In this document: one piece after another, positions 1 through 10,113 of the stretch
Numbering within the stretch: position 1 is the first letter of the stretch
Layout: each line of letters opens with the position of its first letter
NCBI GenBank assembly: GCA_963812885.1
Contig: CAWEWZ010000005.1
Location: forward strand, 3,497 to 67,496
Source: an uncultured Acidimicrobiaceae bacterium
GTDB lineage: Bacteria > Actinomycetota > Acidimicrobiia > Acidimicrobiales > RAAP-2
Reading direction: 5' to 3'
DNA length: 64,000 nt
Translations under genes and position numbers: made by a program
Notes under the pieces: model-generated
Seen by the model: the letters and a program-made list of their open reading frames with translations, nothing else
What the model was told of the DNA's origin: nothing
Databases searched by the model: none

Positions 1-764
1 CGACGGTCGGATTCATCCCCCTGCCCAACACCGGCACCCCGCCCCAGGTGCTGACCAACTATCACGGCGGGACCTGCGGCGGGAACCTCGAGACACTGGT
101 GATCTTGTCCTGTGACGCCGACTTCGCCTCCATCGGCCAGCTCCTCGGGGCCCAGGCCCTGGTCACCCAGGCCGAGGCCTACGGGTTCAACCAGCAGATC
201 CCCCTGGACGTGCCCGCCGACACGGTGGCCGTCTCCAACTTCGGGACGGTGGCCGACTTCGCCGACAACGTGCCCGGCCTGATGAAGTCGGCCATCGGAC
301 AGGAGAACGTCACCGCCTCGGCCCTCCAGATGGCCCTGGTGGCGGGCACGGTGGCCAACGGCGGCGTCGAGATGACCCCCCATCTGATGGAGCAGATCCG
401 CGACAACCAGGGGAATCTGGTCACGACCTACAACCCCAAGAAGTGGATGCAGCCCATCTCGGCCCAGACCGCCGCCACCCTGACCACGTTCATGAAGGGA
501 GTGGTGGCCGTCGGGCACGCGGCCAAGGACATCTTCCCGCCGAGCTGGGACGTGGCCGCCAAGACGGGGACCGCCCAGACCGGTTCGTTCGGGCCCAACC
601 CGCAGTACACCGACGACTGGATGATCGCCTTCGCCCCGGTCGGCAACACCAAGGTGGCCATCGCCGTGGTGCTTCCCCACCAACCGGGCAGCGCCACCGG
701 CGCCGCCTACTCCGGCCCCGTCGTCCGCCAGATCCTCAGTGATGTCCTGGCGGCTCAGGGATGA
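1..764 (+). CDS. pbpA: Class B penicillin-binding protein (transpeptidase), C-terminal part; 5' end outside the window
   Basis: Frame 3 is open from base 3. The translation (..NYHGGTCGGNLETLVILSCDADF..MIAFAPVGNTKVAIAVVLPHQPG..) looks like a PBP2/FtsI-type transpeptidase C-terminus. It lies directly upstream of a PknB-type kinase, as in the conserved actinobacterial locus. Stop TGA at 762-764. Confidence 0.8.
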   Translation, partial: TVGFIPLPNTGTPPQVLTNYHGGTCGGNLETLVILSCDADFASIGQLLGAQALVTQAEAYGFNQQIPLDVPADTVAVSNFGTVADFADNVPGLMKSAIGQENVTASALQMALVAGTVANGGVEMTPHLMEQIRDNQGNLVTTYNPKKWMQPISAQTAATLTTFMKGVVAVGHAAKDIFPPSWDVAAKTGTAQTGSFGPNPQYTDDWMIAFAPVGNTKVAIAVVLPHQPGSATGAAYSGPVVRQILSDVLAAQG

Positions 765-897
765 CGCCGACACCGACGGGCACACCAACCGGCTCCATGC
801 CACGAGGCACCGCCATCGACAGCTGCACTCCGAAACCGAACGAGGATCTGATGAGAACCCCGGACCAGAACGAACGCAGGCATAGGCTTTGACCCAC

Positions 898-2691
898 ATG
901 GACCCGTCCCACGTCTTCTCCGAGCGCTACGAGCTCAACCATCTGATCGCCCGAGGCGGGATGGCCGAGGTCTACCGAGCCCACGACCGACTGCTCGACC
1001 GGCCGGTCGCCCTCAAGGTCCTCTTCCCCGAACTGTCGGTCGACCGCTCCTTCGTGGAGCGGTTCCGACGGGAGGCCCAAGCCGCCGCCAACCTCTCCCA
1101 CCCCAACATCGTCCCGGTGTTCGACTGGGGTGAGGACACCGGCACCTACTTCATCGTCATGGAGTTCATCGACGGCCGTCCTCTGTCCTCGATCCTCAAG
1201 ACGGCCGGCTCGCTGTCGGCCGAGCGGACCGCCGATGTCGGCGCCCACGTGGCCGCGGCGCTCGGCTACGCCCACAAGCACGGGGTGATCCACCGCGACG
1301 TCAAGCCGGGCAACGTGCTGATCACCGACGAGGGTCAGGTGAAGGTGACCGACTTCGGCATCGCCCGGGCCATCAACACCGAGGAGAGCCTCACCCAGAC
1401 CGGGGCGGTCATGGGCACCGCCACCTACTTCTCCCCCGAGCAGGCCGAGGGCATCGGGGTCGATTCGCGCAGCGACATCTACTCGCTCGGCGTGGTCCTC
1501 TTCGAGATGGTCACCGGCCGCCCCCCCTTCCTCGGGGACACCCCGGTGGCGGTGGCGTCGAAGCACGTCCGTGACCACCCGCCGGCGCCCCGGGAGCTCA
1601 ATCCGTCCATCCCGCCCACGTTCGAGGCCATCATCCTCAAGGCGATGGCCAAGGACCCGGCGCACCGGTACCGCACGGCCGAGGAACTCCGGGCCGACCT
1701 CCTCCGGTTCAACGAGGGCCGATCGGTGCTGGCCATGGACGACGCCGATGCCGCCACCGCCATGCTGGCCGGGGCCGCCGGGGTGCGACCCAGGTGGTCG
1801 GGGCCGTCGATCCCAACCAGACCCGGGCGGTGCCGGTGTCCACCGACCCACCGGACAACGAAGACGCCGAGGACGGCTCCAACCGGACCCGCACCTACGC
1901 CATCATCCTCGCCGTCCTGCTGCTCCTGCTGCTCGGTGCCGGGTTCCTCCTGGCCCGCAACCTCGGGTACTTCGGCGGGGCCGCCTCGTTCAACCTCCCC
2001 AATGTCACCGGCAAGCCGGTGGCCCAGGCCACCGCCACCCTCAAGAACGAAGGCCTGAACGTCACCGCGCAGAACCAGGTCTCGAACGACACCCCGGGAA
2101 CGGTGATTTCCACCGACCCCGTGCCCGACTCACTGGTCAAGAAGGGCGACAACATCATCCTGAAAGTGGCGATTCCCGCGCCGATCGGCAAGGTCACGAT
2201 CCCGACCGGCATCATCGGCGAGGCGCAGAACACCGCCGAGGGGATCCTGCAGGGGCTCGGCCTCAAGTCATCGGTGGTGCAGAAGGCGAGCACCAGCATT
2301 TCGAGCCGGGACGGTGATCAAGTCGGATCCGACGCCGGGGACGAAGGTCCAGCTGGGCAGCACGGTCATCCTGACCGTCTCCTCGGGACTGCCCAACGTG
2401 TCGGTGCCGTCCGTCATCGGCCTCGACCCGGTGAGCGCCAGCAACCGCATCGGCAACGCCGGCCTCACCGTGGGATCCCAGACGCCGCAGCCGTCGACCC
2501 AGGTCGCCGCGGGTCTGGTCTCGGCCACTGATCCGCCGCCCGGGACCGAGGTGCAGCCGGGGAGTACCGTCAACTTCATCGTGTCGACAGGCCCACCGCC
2601 CCCCACCACGACCTCGACCACGCCGCCCTCGACCACCACCACCACGTCGAGCCCACCGAGTTCGACCACCTCCACCAAGCCGGGCCACTGA
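898..2691 (+). CDS. pknB: Ser/Thr protein kinase with TM segment, three PASTA repeats and a Pro/Thr/Ser-rich tail (PknB-like); two frame breaks as assembled
   Basis: From ATG 898, Hanks kinase motifs are present (HRDVKPGNVL, DFGIA, SPEQA). The TM helix (AIILAVLLLLLLGAGFLLA) and PASTA repeats continue in frame 3 from about 1780 and return to frame 1 at about 2300. The tail is PPPPTTTSTTPPSTTTTTSSPPSSTTSTKPGH. Confidence 0.85.
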
Positions 2692-2711
2692 GTCGGCCCT
2701 CACTGCCCGTT

Positions 2712-2730
2712 GGCCCGAGCCGATCGGGCC
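2712..2730. terminator. Hairpin GGCCCGA-gccga-TCGGGCC between convergent pknB and trpG
   Basis: Perfect 7-bp inverted repeat with a 5-nt loop in the 95-bp convergent intergenic gap. There is no T-run, so it could act as a bidirectional terminator or stabiliser. Confidence 0.4.
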
Positions 2731-2786
2731 GCCCGGTCGATCAGTCTGTGCAGTTCGACGCCGCCGGACGAGCGATCCCCGAGGGC

Positions 2787-3371
2787 TCAGTGACCGCCGG
2801 TGGCGGCCAGGAAGTTGGAGAGCAGGCTGGGACCGCTCGGGGTGAGGATCGACTCGGGGTGGAACTGGACACCCTCGACGGCCAGGGTGCGATGGCGCAG
2901 GCCCATGATGACCCCCTCCGATGAGGTGGCGGTGACCTCGAGGACGTCGGGCACCGAGTCCGGTTCCACCACCAGGGAGTGATAGCGGGTGGCCACGAAG
3001 GGATCGGGGAGCCCGGCGAAGATGCCCTGGCCGTCGTGGTGCACCGACGAGGTCTTGCCGTGCATGAGGGTGGGGGCGGGTCCCACCGTGCCGCCGTAGA
3101 CCTGGCCGATGACCTGATGTCCGAGGCAGACCCCGAGGATCGGGTACTCGCCGGCCAGCTCGGCCACCACCGCCATGCTCATCCCGGCGCTCTCGGGGCG
3201 GCCCGGCCCGGGCGAGATGAGGATGGCGTCGGGGGAGGCCGCCCGGATGCCGTCGATGTCGATGGCGTCGTTGCGGTGGACCACGGGCTCGGCCCCCAGC
3301 TCACCGAGCTCCTGGACGAGGTTGTAGACGAAGGAGTCGTAGTTGTCGATGACCAGAATCCGCGTCCCCAT
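2787..3371 (-). CDS. trpG: Glutamine amidotransferase component II of anthranilate/aminodeoxychorismate synthase
   Basis: MGTRILVIDNYDSFVYNLVQ..GVCLGHQ..QFHPES are the class I GATase triad motifs. Its position next to pknB and crgA matches mycobacterial synteny. The start is taken at ATG 3371; the ORF track extends to a TTG at 3389. Confidence 0.85.
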   Translation of the reverse strand: MGTRILVIDNYDSFVYNLVQELGELGAEPVVHRNDAIDIDGIRAASPDAILISPGPGRPESAGMSMAVVAELAGEYPILGVCLGHQVIGQVYGGTVGPAPTLMHGKTSSVHHDGQGIFAGLPDPFVATRYHSLVVEPDSVPDVLEVTATSSEGVIMGLRHRTLAVEGVQFHPESILTPSGPSLLSNFLAATGGH

Positions 3372-3446
3372 GGTCTGTTGATCGTACAAGCAGGAGGGGG
3401 AGGGCCCTGTCGACAGGCCCCGGCCGGAACTGGCTAACCTTCGGCC

Positions 3447-3749
3447 ATGGCAACCAAAGCCAAGGCAGGACCGGGGAAGGCCCAGAAGAAGGGGCGCTCA
3501 TCGGGCGGCCGGACCACCGACCCCGGGACCTCGGTGCAGAGCAGCCGGTACACGCCACCCATCCCGAAGACGGCCAAGTCCAGCCCGCGCTGGATGGGGA
3601 TCGTCATCATCGGCCTGTTCGTGCTGGGCGTGCTGGTCGTGATCCTCAACTACTCGGGGGCGCTCCCGGGGGGCGTCAACAACCTCTGGCTGGTGGCGGC
3701 CATCGGGGCCATCTTCGTCGGCCTCATCATGGCCACCCGCTACCACTGA
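3447..3749 (+). CDS. crgA: Cell division membrane protein CrgA
   Basis: 100 aa with a basic N-terminus, SRYTPPIP..SPRW and two TM helices, the typical CrgA layout. The conserved neighbourhood fits. Confidence 0.8.
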   Translation: MATKAKAGPGKAQKKGRSSGGRTTDPGTSVQSSRYTPPIPKTAKSSPRWMGIVIIGLFVLGVLVVILNYSGALPGGVNNLWLVAAIGAIFVGLIMATRYH

Positions 3750-3761
3750 CACGCGCCCACC

Positions 3762-3790
3762 CCCGCCCCGGCGCACCGGGACGGGGCGGG
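3762..3790. terminator. Hairpin CCCGCCCCG-N11-CGGGGCGGG between convergent crgA and thiolase
   Basis: Perfect 9-bp GC stem, read directly from the sequence, 13 nt after the crgA stop. Confidence 0.4.
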
Positions 3791-3817
3791 TCGGTCAGGC
3801 GTCCGTCGTTCAGCCGG

Positions 3818-4999
3818 TCAGCCCAGGCGCTCGATGATGGTGGCATTGGCCATGCCGCCACCCTCGCACATGGTCAGGAGTCCGTAGCGACCCTGGGTGC
3901 GCTCGAGCTCGTTGAGCAGCGTGGCCATCAGCTTGGCCCCCGACGCGCCCAGCGGATGGCCGAGGGCGATGGCCCCGCCGTTCACGTTGACCTTGTCGAA
4001 GTCGGCGCCGAACTCCTTCTGCCAGGCCAGCACCACCGAGGCGAACGCCTCGTTGATCTCGATCACGTCCATGTCGTCGAGGGTCAGCTTGGCCTTCTCG
4101 AGGACCGACTTGGTGGCCGGGATCGGGCCGGTCAGCATGGTGATCGGGTCGCTGCCGGCCACGGCGAAGCTGTGGAAGCGGGCCCGGGGGGTGAGCCCGA
4201 GGGAGGCGGCCTTCTCCTCGCTCATGATGAGCACGCCGGAGGCGCCGTCGGTGATCTGCGACGAGTTGCCCGCGGTGACCTTGCCGTTCTCCTGACGGAA
4301 GGCGGGCTTGAGATTGGCCAGCACCTCCACCGAGGAATCGGGGCGGATGCCCTCGTCGGTGGCGATCAGCTCGTCGGTGTCGGCCCGGTCGTCGTCCTTC
4401 ACCGCCACCGGGATGATCTCGTGCTCGAAGCGGCCCTCGGCGGTGGCCTGGGCGGCACGGTGATGGGAGCGCACCGAGAACTCGTCGAGGGCCTCGCGGG
4501 AGAGGTTCCACTGCTCGGCGATGAGTTCGGCCCCCTCGCCCTGGCTGACCAGGCCGCCGCGCTCGGCGTAGCGGTTCATCATCCGGGGACCGAACGGGTA
4601 GCCCAGGTCCCGCACCACCGACGACCCCATCGGGGTACGGGTCATGACCTCGACGCCACCGCCGATGACCACATCGTAGGCACCGGCGATGACCCCCTGG
4701 GCCCCGAAGTGGAGGGCCTGCTGGGAGGACCCGCACTGCCGGTCGATGGTGGTGGCCGGCACCGACTCGGGATAGCCGGCGGCGAGGACGGCGTTGCGCC
4801 CGACGTTGAGCGACTGCTCGCCGACCTGCATCACGCAGCCCATGATCACGTCGTCGACCAGGGCGGGATCGAGATCGTTGCGCTCCACCAGGGCCTTCAG
4901 CGGCTCGGAGGCCAGGTCGGCGGCATGCCAGTTGCGCAGCTTCCCGTTGCGCTTGCCCCCTGCTGTGCGGACTGCGTCCACGATGACGGCGTCGGTCAT
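3818..4999 (-). CDS. Acetyl-CoA C-acyltransferase (thiolase)
   Basis: 393 aa and intact. Thiolase signatures are present (IDRQCGSSQQA active-site Cys region, NVNGGAIALGHPLGASG, MCEGGGMANA). Confidence 0.9.
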   Translation of the reverse strand: MTDAVIVDAVRTAGGKRNGKLRNWHAADLASEPLKALVERNDLDPALVDDVIMGCVMQVGEQSLNVGRNAVLAAGYPESVPATTIDRQCGSSQQALHFGAQGVIAGAYDVVIGGGVEVMTRTPMGSSVVRDLGYPFGPRMMNRYAERGGLVSQGEGAELIAEQWNLSREALDEFSVRSHHRAAQATAEGRFEHEIIPVAVKDDDRADTDELIATDEGIRPDSSVEVLANLKPAFRQENGKVTAGNSSQITDGASGVLIMSEEKAASLGLTPRARFHSFAVAGSDPITMLTGPIPATKSVLEKAKLTLDDMDVIEINEAFASVVLAWQKEFGADFDKVNVNGGAIALGHPLGASGAKLMATLLNELERTQGRYGLLTMCEGGGMANATIIERLG

Positions 5000-5109
5000 G
5001 ATTCTCCTTCCGAGGTCCGGCGGTGGTGTGCCTGCCGGCCCGAATTGGGCGTCTGTTGGAATTGCTGATCCCGTGAAGCACCTGCGGTGGCAGCCCGCTC
5101 GATCCGGAA

Positions 5110-5127
5110 CTTGACCAAGCGGTCAAG
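5110..5127. promoter_or_regulatory. 18-bp palindrome CTTGACC-aagc-GGTCAAG in the divergent thiolase/thioesterase intergenic region
   Basis: Perfect 7-bp arms with a 4-bp spacer. It overlaps a TTGACC -35-like hexamer. No cognate regulator gene is adjacent. Confidence 0.35.
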
Positions 5128-5228
5128 AAAGCTGTCCTGGAATAGATCGTACTCGGCCGGGCGGTGGCGTCAAACAGGCCCGGGACCGCCTCCGGCGCAC
5201 GGGGGCCGCCGCCCCCATCAGGCCCGCG

Positions 5229-5726
5229 GTGAGGCAGCCCGGCACTACGGTCGGGGAGGTGACGGGTCGGATCAAGGACATGGACCGCTGGCTGGGCGAC
5301 GGTGGGATGGAGCTCATCGGCACGGTGGGGGCCTCCTTCGACGAGTACGGGGTCGACGGCGAGGACCTGGGCTGGGTGGACGGCTCGTTCGTCCCCACCA
5401 CCCCCGCCTGTAATCCGCACGGGGTCGTCCAGGCCGGGGTGCACGGGCTCCTCCTCGACGCGGCCATGAACTTCGCCATCAACTCGGCCCTCCCGGGCCG
5501 TGACCGGACCCGGGCCACCCTCGAGATGAAGGTCGAGACCATGCGGCCGGCCATGCAGGGCGAGGCCTACCGGCTGCGGGGCGAGGTGGTGCGGATGGCC
5601 CGCCAGGTGGCCTACGCCGAGGGCACGGTCATGGACGGCAAGGACCAGCTGGTCAGCCGATCGACCGGAACCTTCCTCCTCAAGCGGTCGGACGGCGAGC
5701 CGGCCGCCGCCCCCGGCGGGGACTGA
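5229..5726 (+). CDS. PaaI-family (hotdog fold) thioesterase
   Basis: NPHGVVQAGVHGLLLDAAMNFAI..ATLEMKVETMRPA..VAYAEGTV is the typical PaaI/4HBT core. The start is uncertain (GTG 5229 or ATG 5280). Confidence 0.7.
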   Translation: MRQPGTTVGEVTGRIKDMDRWLGDGGMELIGTVGASFDEYGVDGEDLGWVDGSFVPTTPACNPHGVVQAGVHGLLLDAAMNFAINSALPGRDRTRATLEMKVETMRPAMQGEAYRLRGEVVRMARQVAYAEGTVMDGKDQLVSRSTGTFLLKRSDGEPAAAPGGD

Positions 5727-5828
5727 ACCCGCCGCCCCGCTCGACGTCGCGGCGCGCTCCCTGGGCACTGGCGCCGCCCCCACCGAAATCCGGCCTTCGG
5801 GCCGCCGAGCGAGTGCGAGCCGTCGTCC

Positions 5829-6482
5829 ATGGTCGTTGCCGGTCCCGACGCCGAGGTCTGCCGGGTGTGCGGTGGGGCGGCCCCGGCCGGGTTCGCCCAC
5901 TGCTTCTGTTGCGCCACCCTGGTTCGCCAGCTGCGGATGCGTCTCGTCCCGGTGGTGGCGGTGGCCGAGTACCGGGTCGGCGACCGGCTGCACCGCCGGC
6001 TCCGCGGCTACAAGGACGCCCCGGTGGCCGAGGCGCGGGAGACCTGCGCCACCCACCTCGCCGACCTGGTCGCACGGTGGATGGCGGCCGACCCGACCCG
6101 GCTCCCCCGACGCTTCGGCTCCGGATGGGACCTGGTGGCGACGGTGCCGTCCTCGGGCCGGCCGGTCGGCGCGCCGGCCGACACCCTGGTCCTCCGGGTG
6201 CCGGCCCTGGCCCCCGCCCACCGGACGCTGCTGGTGCGTGGACCGGAGCCGACCGGCCATCTGCGGGCCGCCCGCCGCGGGTTCGAGGTGGCGGCCTCGG
6301 TCGACCGGGAGTCCCTCCGGGACCGGCGGGTCCTCGTCTTCGACGACAGCATCACCACCGGGGCGCGGGCCCAGAGCGCGGCCGCGGCGCTGCGGATGGC
6401 CGGGGCCGACGTGATCGGGGTGGTGGCCGTGGGCCGGGTGGTGGGTGGCGGCCGGTGGGCAGCCCGCCGGATGCTCGGCTAG
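5829..6482 (+). CDS. ComF-family phosphoribosyltransferase-like protein with N-terminal Cys-rich finger
   Basis: N-terminal CRVCGG..CFCC motif and a C-terminal PRT motif (VLVFDDSITTGARAQSAAAALRMAGA). Confidence 0.7.
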   Translation: MVVAGPDAEVCRVCGGAAPAGFAHCFCCATLVRQLRMRLVPVVAVAEYRVGDRLHRRLRGYKDAPVAEARETCATHLADLVARWMAADPTRLPRRFGSGWDLVATVPSSGRPVGAPADTLVLRVPALAPAHRTLLVRGPEPTGHLRAARRGFEVAASVDRESLRDRRVLVFDDSITTGARAQSAAAALRMAGADVIGVVAVGRVVGGGRWAARRMLG

Positions 6483-6491
6483 ACCGGGAAC

Positions 6492-7427
6492 ATGCTTCTG
6501 CGCATCTTCACCGAGCCCCAGCAGGGCGCCTCCTACGACCGGCTGTTGGCCGTGGCCCGGACGGCCGAGTCCCAGGGCTTCGACGGCTACTTCCGGAGCG
6601 ATCACTTCCTGGCCATGGGCACTGACGGCCTGCCCGGTCCCACCGACGCCTGGGTGACCCTGGGGGCCATCGCCCGCGAGACCACCTCGATCCGGCTGGG
6701 GACCCTGGTGACTTCGGCCACCTTCCGGCTGCCCGGGCCGCTGGCCGTCTCGGTGGCCCAGGTCGACGACATGAGCGGGGGCCGGGTCGAGCTCGGCCTC
6801 GGCGCCGGCTGGTACGAGGCCGAGCACACCGCCTACGGGATCCCGTTCCCACCGGTCGGAGAACGGTTCGACCGGTTGTCCGAGCAGCTGGCCATCATCA
6901 CCGGACTGTGGGCCACCCCGGTCGGGGAAATGTTCACCTTCGCCGGACGGCACTACCAGGTCCACGACAGTCCGGGCCTGCCCAAGCCGGTGCAACGGCC
7001 GGGCCCACCGGTGATCGTCGGGGGAGGCGGCCTGAAGCGGACGCCCGATCTGGCCGCCCGTTACGCCTCCGAATTCAACCGGGCCTTCCGGCCCCTCGAC
7101 GAGACCAGGGATCAGTTCCGGCGGGTCGGTGCCGCCTGCGAGTCGGTGGGGCGCGATCCGGCCACCATGGTCTACTCGGCCGCCCAGGTCGTGTGCTGCG
7201 GACGCGACGACGCCGAGGTGGCCCGTCGGGCCGCGGCCATCGGGCGCCAGGTGGAGGAGCTGCGCCAGAACGGGCTGTGCGGCACGCCCGACGAGGTCAC
7301 GGCCAAGCTGGCCACCTACGCCGAAGCCGGCACGTCACGGGCCTACCTGCAGATCCTCGACCTCGCCGACCTCGAGCACCTCGCCCTCATCGGCGAAGAG
7401 GTGCTGCCCGCCTGCGCCTCGCTCTGA
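6492..7427 (+). CDS. LLM-class (luciferase-like) F420-dependent oxidoreductase
   Basis: 311 aa and intact. It has the luciferase-like TIM-barrel pattern (FDGYFRSDHF, RLGTLVTS, VELGLGAGW). Confidence 0.8.
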   Translation: MLLRIFTEPQQGASYDRLLAVARTAESQGFDGYFRSDHFLAMGTDGLPGPTDAWVTLGAIARETTSIRLGTLVTSATFRLPGPLAVSVAQVDDMSGGRVELGLGAGWYEAEHTAYGIPFPPVGERFDRLSEQLAIITGLWATPVGEMFTFAGRHYQVHDSPGLPKPVQRPGPPVIVGGGGLKRTPDLAARYASEFNRAFRPLDETRDQFRRVGAACESVGRDPATMVYSAAQVVCCGRDDAEVARRAAAIGRQVEELRQNGLCGTPDEVTAKLATYAEAGTSRAYLQILDLADLEHLALIGEEVLPACASL

Positions 7428-7448
7428 GCGGGCGGCTGCCGGGGGAGG

Positions 7449-8462
7449 TCAGGCCGCCGGGGCGTCGGCGTCCGCCATGGGCCACGCCTCGGCCACCAGG
7501 GTGAGCGACTGGGCCCGGGCCTCGAAGGAGTGGGCCCGCGTCGACAGCATGAGCTCGTCGGCTCCGGTCCGAGCCTGGAGATCGACCAGACCCTGGCGCA
7601 CCGCCTCCGGATCGCCGACCAGGTGGGTGGAGGTGGCGGCGTCGACCAGTCGCTGTTCGGCCCGGGTGAACCGGTAGTCGGCCGCCTCCTCCGGCGTGGG
7701 GACGGGGCCGAGCCGGCCGGTCCGCAGCTGCAGGATGGTCAGGGCTGACGGCCCGGCCAGCCACCGGGCCTCGTCGGCACTCGGGGCGCACAGCACGGAC
7801 ACCGCCACCATGACGCGGGGGTGGTCGAGCAGGATCGACGGCCGGAATCCGGACCGGTACTGCTCGAGGGCCTGGTCGAGCTGGTCCGGCGCGAAGTGGT
7901 AGGCAAAGGAGAAGGGGAGGCCGAGCATGCCGGCCAGGCGGGCGCTGAAGGTCGACGAACCCAGCAGCCAGGGCTCGGGGAGGTAGCCCCGTCCCGGCAC
8001 CGGGGCCGGGCGGGTCGGCGGGCCGTCGCTGGGTACCAGGTAATTGATCAGCTCCACCACATCCTCGGGGAAGGTGTCGGCGCCCAGGTCGCCGGTCCGG
8101 CGCAGGGCTCGCGCCGTCGACGGGTCGGTACCGGGGGCCCGGCCCAGGCCGAGGTCGATTCGTCCTGGATGGAGGGCCTCCAGGGTGGCGAACTGCTCGG
8201 CGATGACCAGGGGGGCGTGGTTGGGCAGCATCACGCCGCCGGCGCCGATCCTCAGGTGGGTGGTGGCATCGGCCAGGTGGCCGATGAGCACGGCGGGGGC
8301 CGAACTGGCCACCGACGGCATGCCGTGGTGCTCGGCCACCCACAGGCGCCGGTACCCGAGCTCCTCGACCAACGGGGCCAACCGGGTGGTGGCGGCCAGG
8401 GCGTCGGCGGGCGTCGACCCGCGACCCACCGTGGCCAGGTCGAGGACGGAGAGAGGAACCAT
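7449..8462 (-). CDS. LLM-class flavin-dependent oxidoreductase (luciferase family group 1 type)
   Basis: [48 protein letters not shown]. Intact at 337 aa. Confidence 0.8.
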   Translation of the reverse strand: MVPLSVLDLATVGRGSTPADALAATTRLAPLVEELGYRRLWVAEHHGMPSVASSAPAVLIGHLADATTHLRIGAGGVMLPNHAPLVIAEQFATLEALHPGRIDLGLGRAPGTDPSTARALRRTGDLGADTFPEDVVELINYLVPSDGPPTRPAPVPGRGYLPEPWLLGSSTFSARLAGMLGLPFSFAYHFAPDQLDQALEQYRSGFRPSILLDHPRVMVAVSVLCAPSADEARWLAGPSALTILQLRTGRLGPVPTPEEAADYRFTRAEQRLVDAATSTHLVGDPEAVRQGLVDLQARTGADELMLSTRAHSFEARAQSLTLVAEAWPMADADAPAA

Positions 8463-8732
8463 GTTGGGAACAACACCGAGCCGGTCTCCGAGCTTCCCCG
8501 TCGGACCTCGGGGTCGGGCCCGGCCCAGGGGGAAGTGTTCAGGTCGGGCCGGCGGGTGCCTCCTTCACCGTGCCTGAGCCGTCGATGTCGGGATGTCGGG
8601 AGGCATCGGCCAGCGGATCGAAGATGGCCTCGGGGGAGGCGGGCCCGGTTCGCTCGGTGGAGACCTGTTTCCGTCCATGTGTTCCTCTCTCTTCTTGCCG
8701 GCGATGTCGAAAGCGGTGGCATCATCATCACC

Positions 8733-9359
8733 ATGTCCGGACCGACCCAGGCAGAGATGACGGCCCAGCTGGCGGCGCGGGACCAGGTGCTGGCCTCGCT
8801 CGTCGAGCGCTACGGCCCTCCGCCCCGTCGCCGACCGGTCCCGTCGTCCCGCCGGTTCGCGGCCCTGGCCGAGATCATCCTCTACCAGCAGCTGGCCGGC
8901 AAGGCCGCCGCCACCATCCACGGCCGCTTCGAGCAGGCGCTGGGGGGTTCGGTGACCCCGGCTGCCGTCCTGGCCGTATCCCCCGAGGATCTGGCCTCGG
9001 CCGGCCTCAGCCGGGCCAAGGCGGCCTCCATCCGCGACCTGGCCGACAAGGTCGCCTCCGGGGAGATCTCGCTGGATCGGATCGGCCGGCTGTCCGACGA
9101 CGCCGTGGTCGCCCACCTCACCCGGGTCCGGGGCATCGGCCCCTGGACGGCGGACATGTTCCTGCTCGACACCCTGGGCCGTCTCGACGTGTGGCCGGTC
9201 GGCGACTACGGGGTGCGGGCCGGTTTCGCCAGTGCCTGGGGCCTGGCCGGTATCCCCGACCCGAAGGACCTCGTCGTGCTCGGGGAGCCGTTCCGGCCCT
9301 ACCGGTCCCTGGTGGCCTGGTACTGCTGGCGGGTGCTCGACGACCGGGCCCCCTCGTGA
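8733..9359 (+). CDS. alkA: DNA-3-methyladenine glycosylase II (HhH-GPD family)
   Basis: ATG at 8733 lies inside a longer spurious ORF. The HhH-GPD signature is present (VRGIGPWTADMFLL..WPVGDYGVR). Confidence 0.75.
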   Translation: MSGPTQAEMTAQLAARDQVLASLVERYGPPPRRRPVPSSRRFAALAEIILYQQLAGKAAATIHGRFEQALGGSVTPAAVLAVSPEDLASAGLSRAKAASIRDLADKVASGEISLDRIGRLSDDAVVAHLTRVRGIGPWTADMFLLDTLGRLDVWPVGDYGVRAGFASAWGLAGIPDPKDLVVLGEPFRPYRSLVAWYCWRVLDDRAPS

Positions 9360-9396
9360 CCCGAGCGGCAGGACCGGTGCCGGCGATCGGGCCGGC

Positions 9397-10113
9397 TCAG
9401 GGCAGGCGGTCGGCGATCATCTCGGACACCTCCTGCACGGTCGGGGAATCCATCACCTCCGGCGCCTGGAGGCGGCTGGCCACCAGTCGGGGCCAGCCGA
9501 CCCACACGTTGCTGATCTCGATCGGCGAGGCGAATCCCCATTCCGCCCGGGTGAGGCAGAGGAGGGCGTGGACCGGAACCTCCGACCCCCACGGTGCCGA
9601 GCTCATCGCCCCCCGCACGACCTCCAGGTGGTCGGCCAGGTCGTACACCGACGACGTGCAGTTCTTCCTGCCCACGTGGAGCTCGGTCGGTCCCAGGTTG
9701 CGGATGGGTCCCTCCCGTTTGGTGTGGACCAGACCCTTGTACCCCTTGGCGTCGATGATGAAGACGCCGGCCGGTGAGATGGCGATCAGTTTGATGTTCG
9801 ACCTCGACCCCGGGACCCGTCGGTCGTTGAGGACGATGACACCCTCGCTTTCGATGAACTGGAGCCGGGCCATCGCCCGGCGGTCGGTTTCGGCCCGTTT
9901 CACCCACTTACGCGACGGGGCCGGGCTGATCGACCGCGGCGGTGCGGGCCGCGGGCCGGGACTCACCTCGTCGAGGACCGAGACGTCGGCTCCGCCCGGG
10001 CCGGCCCGGTCGTCAGGCACGGCGTCGTCGGCGGCCGGGTCGTCACCGGTCGTCCAACTCGCCGGTCGTGGGGACGACCGGCCTGGCTCGGGTGCGGGGG
10101 TCATCGCCGACAT
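9397..10113 (-). CDS. NERD domain protein with Pro/Asp-rich disordered N-terminus
   Basis: The C-terminal half (VIVLNDRRVPGSRSNIKLIAISPAGVFIIDAKGYKG..) matches the NERD nuclease-related fold pattern. The start is ambiguous (ATG 10113 or 10104; the ORF extends to 10191). Confidence 0.6.
   Translation of the reverse strand: MSAMTPAPEPGRSSPRPASWTTGDDPAADDAVPDDRAGPGGADVSVLDEVSPGPRPAPPRSISPAPSRKWVKRAETDRRAMARLQFIESEGVIVLNDRRVPGSRSNIKLIAISPAGVFIIDAKGYKGLVHTKREGPIRNLGPTELHVGRKNCTSSVYDLADHLEVVRGAMSSAPWGSEVPVHALLCLTRAEWGFASPIEISNVWVGWPRLVASRLQAPEVMDSPTVQEVSEMIADRLP

Noticed and set aside
3810-6995. 1061-aa ORF on the minus strand, the longest in the track
   Set aside because: It runs antisense across the thioesterase, ComF-like and LLM genes. 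Its translation is Arg/Gly/Pro-rich and low in complexity, with no motifs. Its 3' part is simply another frame of the thiolase gene. This is the typical open antisense frame of GC-rich DNA.
8565-8678. 37-codon Pro-rich ORF after a purine tract (AAGAAGAGAGAGGAACAC) in the leader of the LLM gene at 7449-8462
   Set aside because: The peptide is low in complexity (PPSEPGPPPPRPSS), the SD spacing is short, and there is no supporting feature. It is likely chance.
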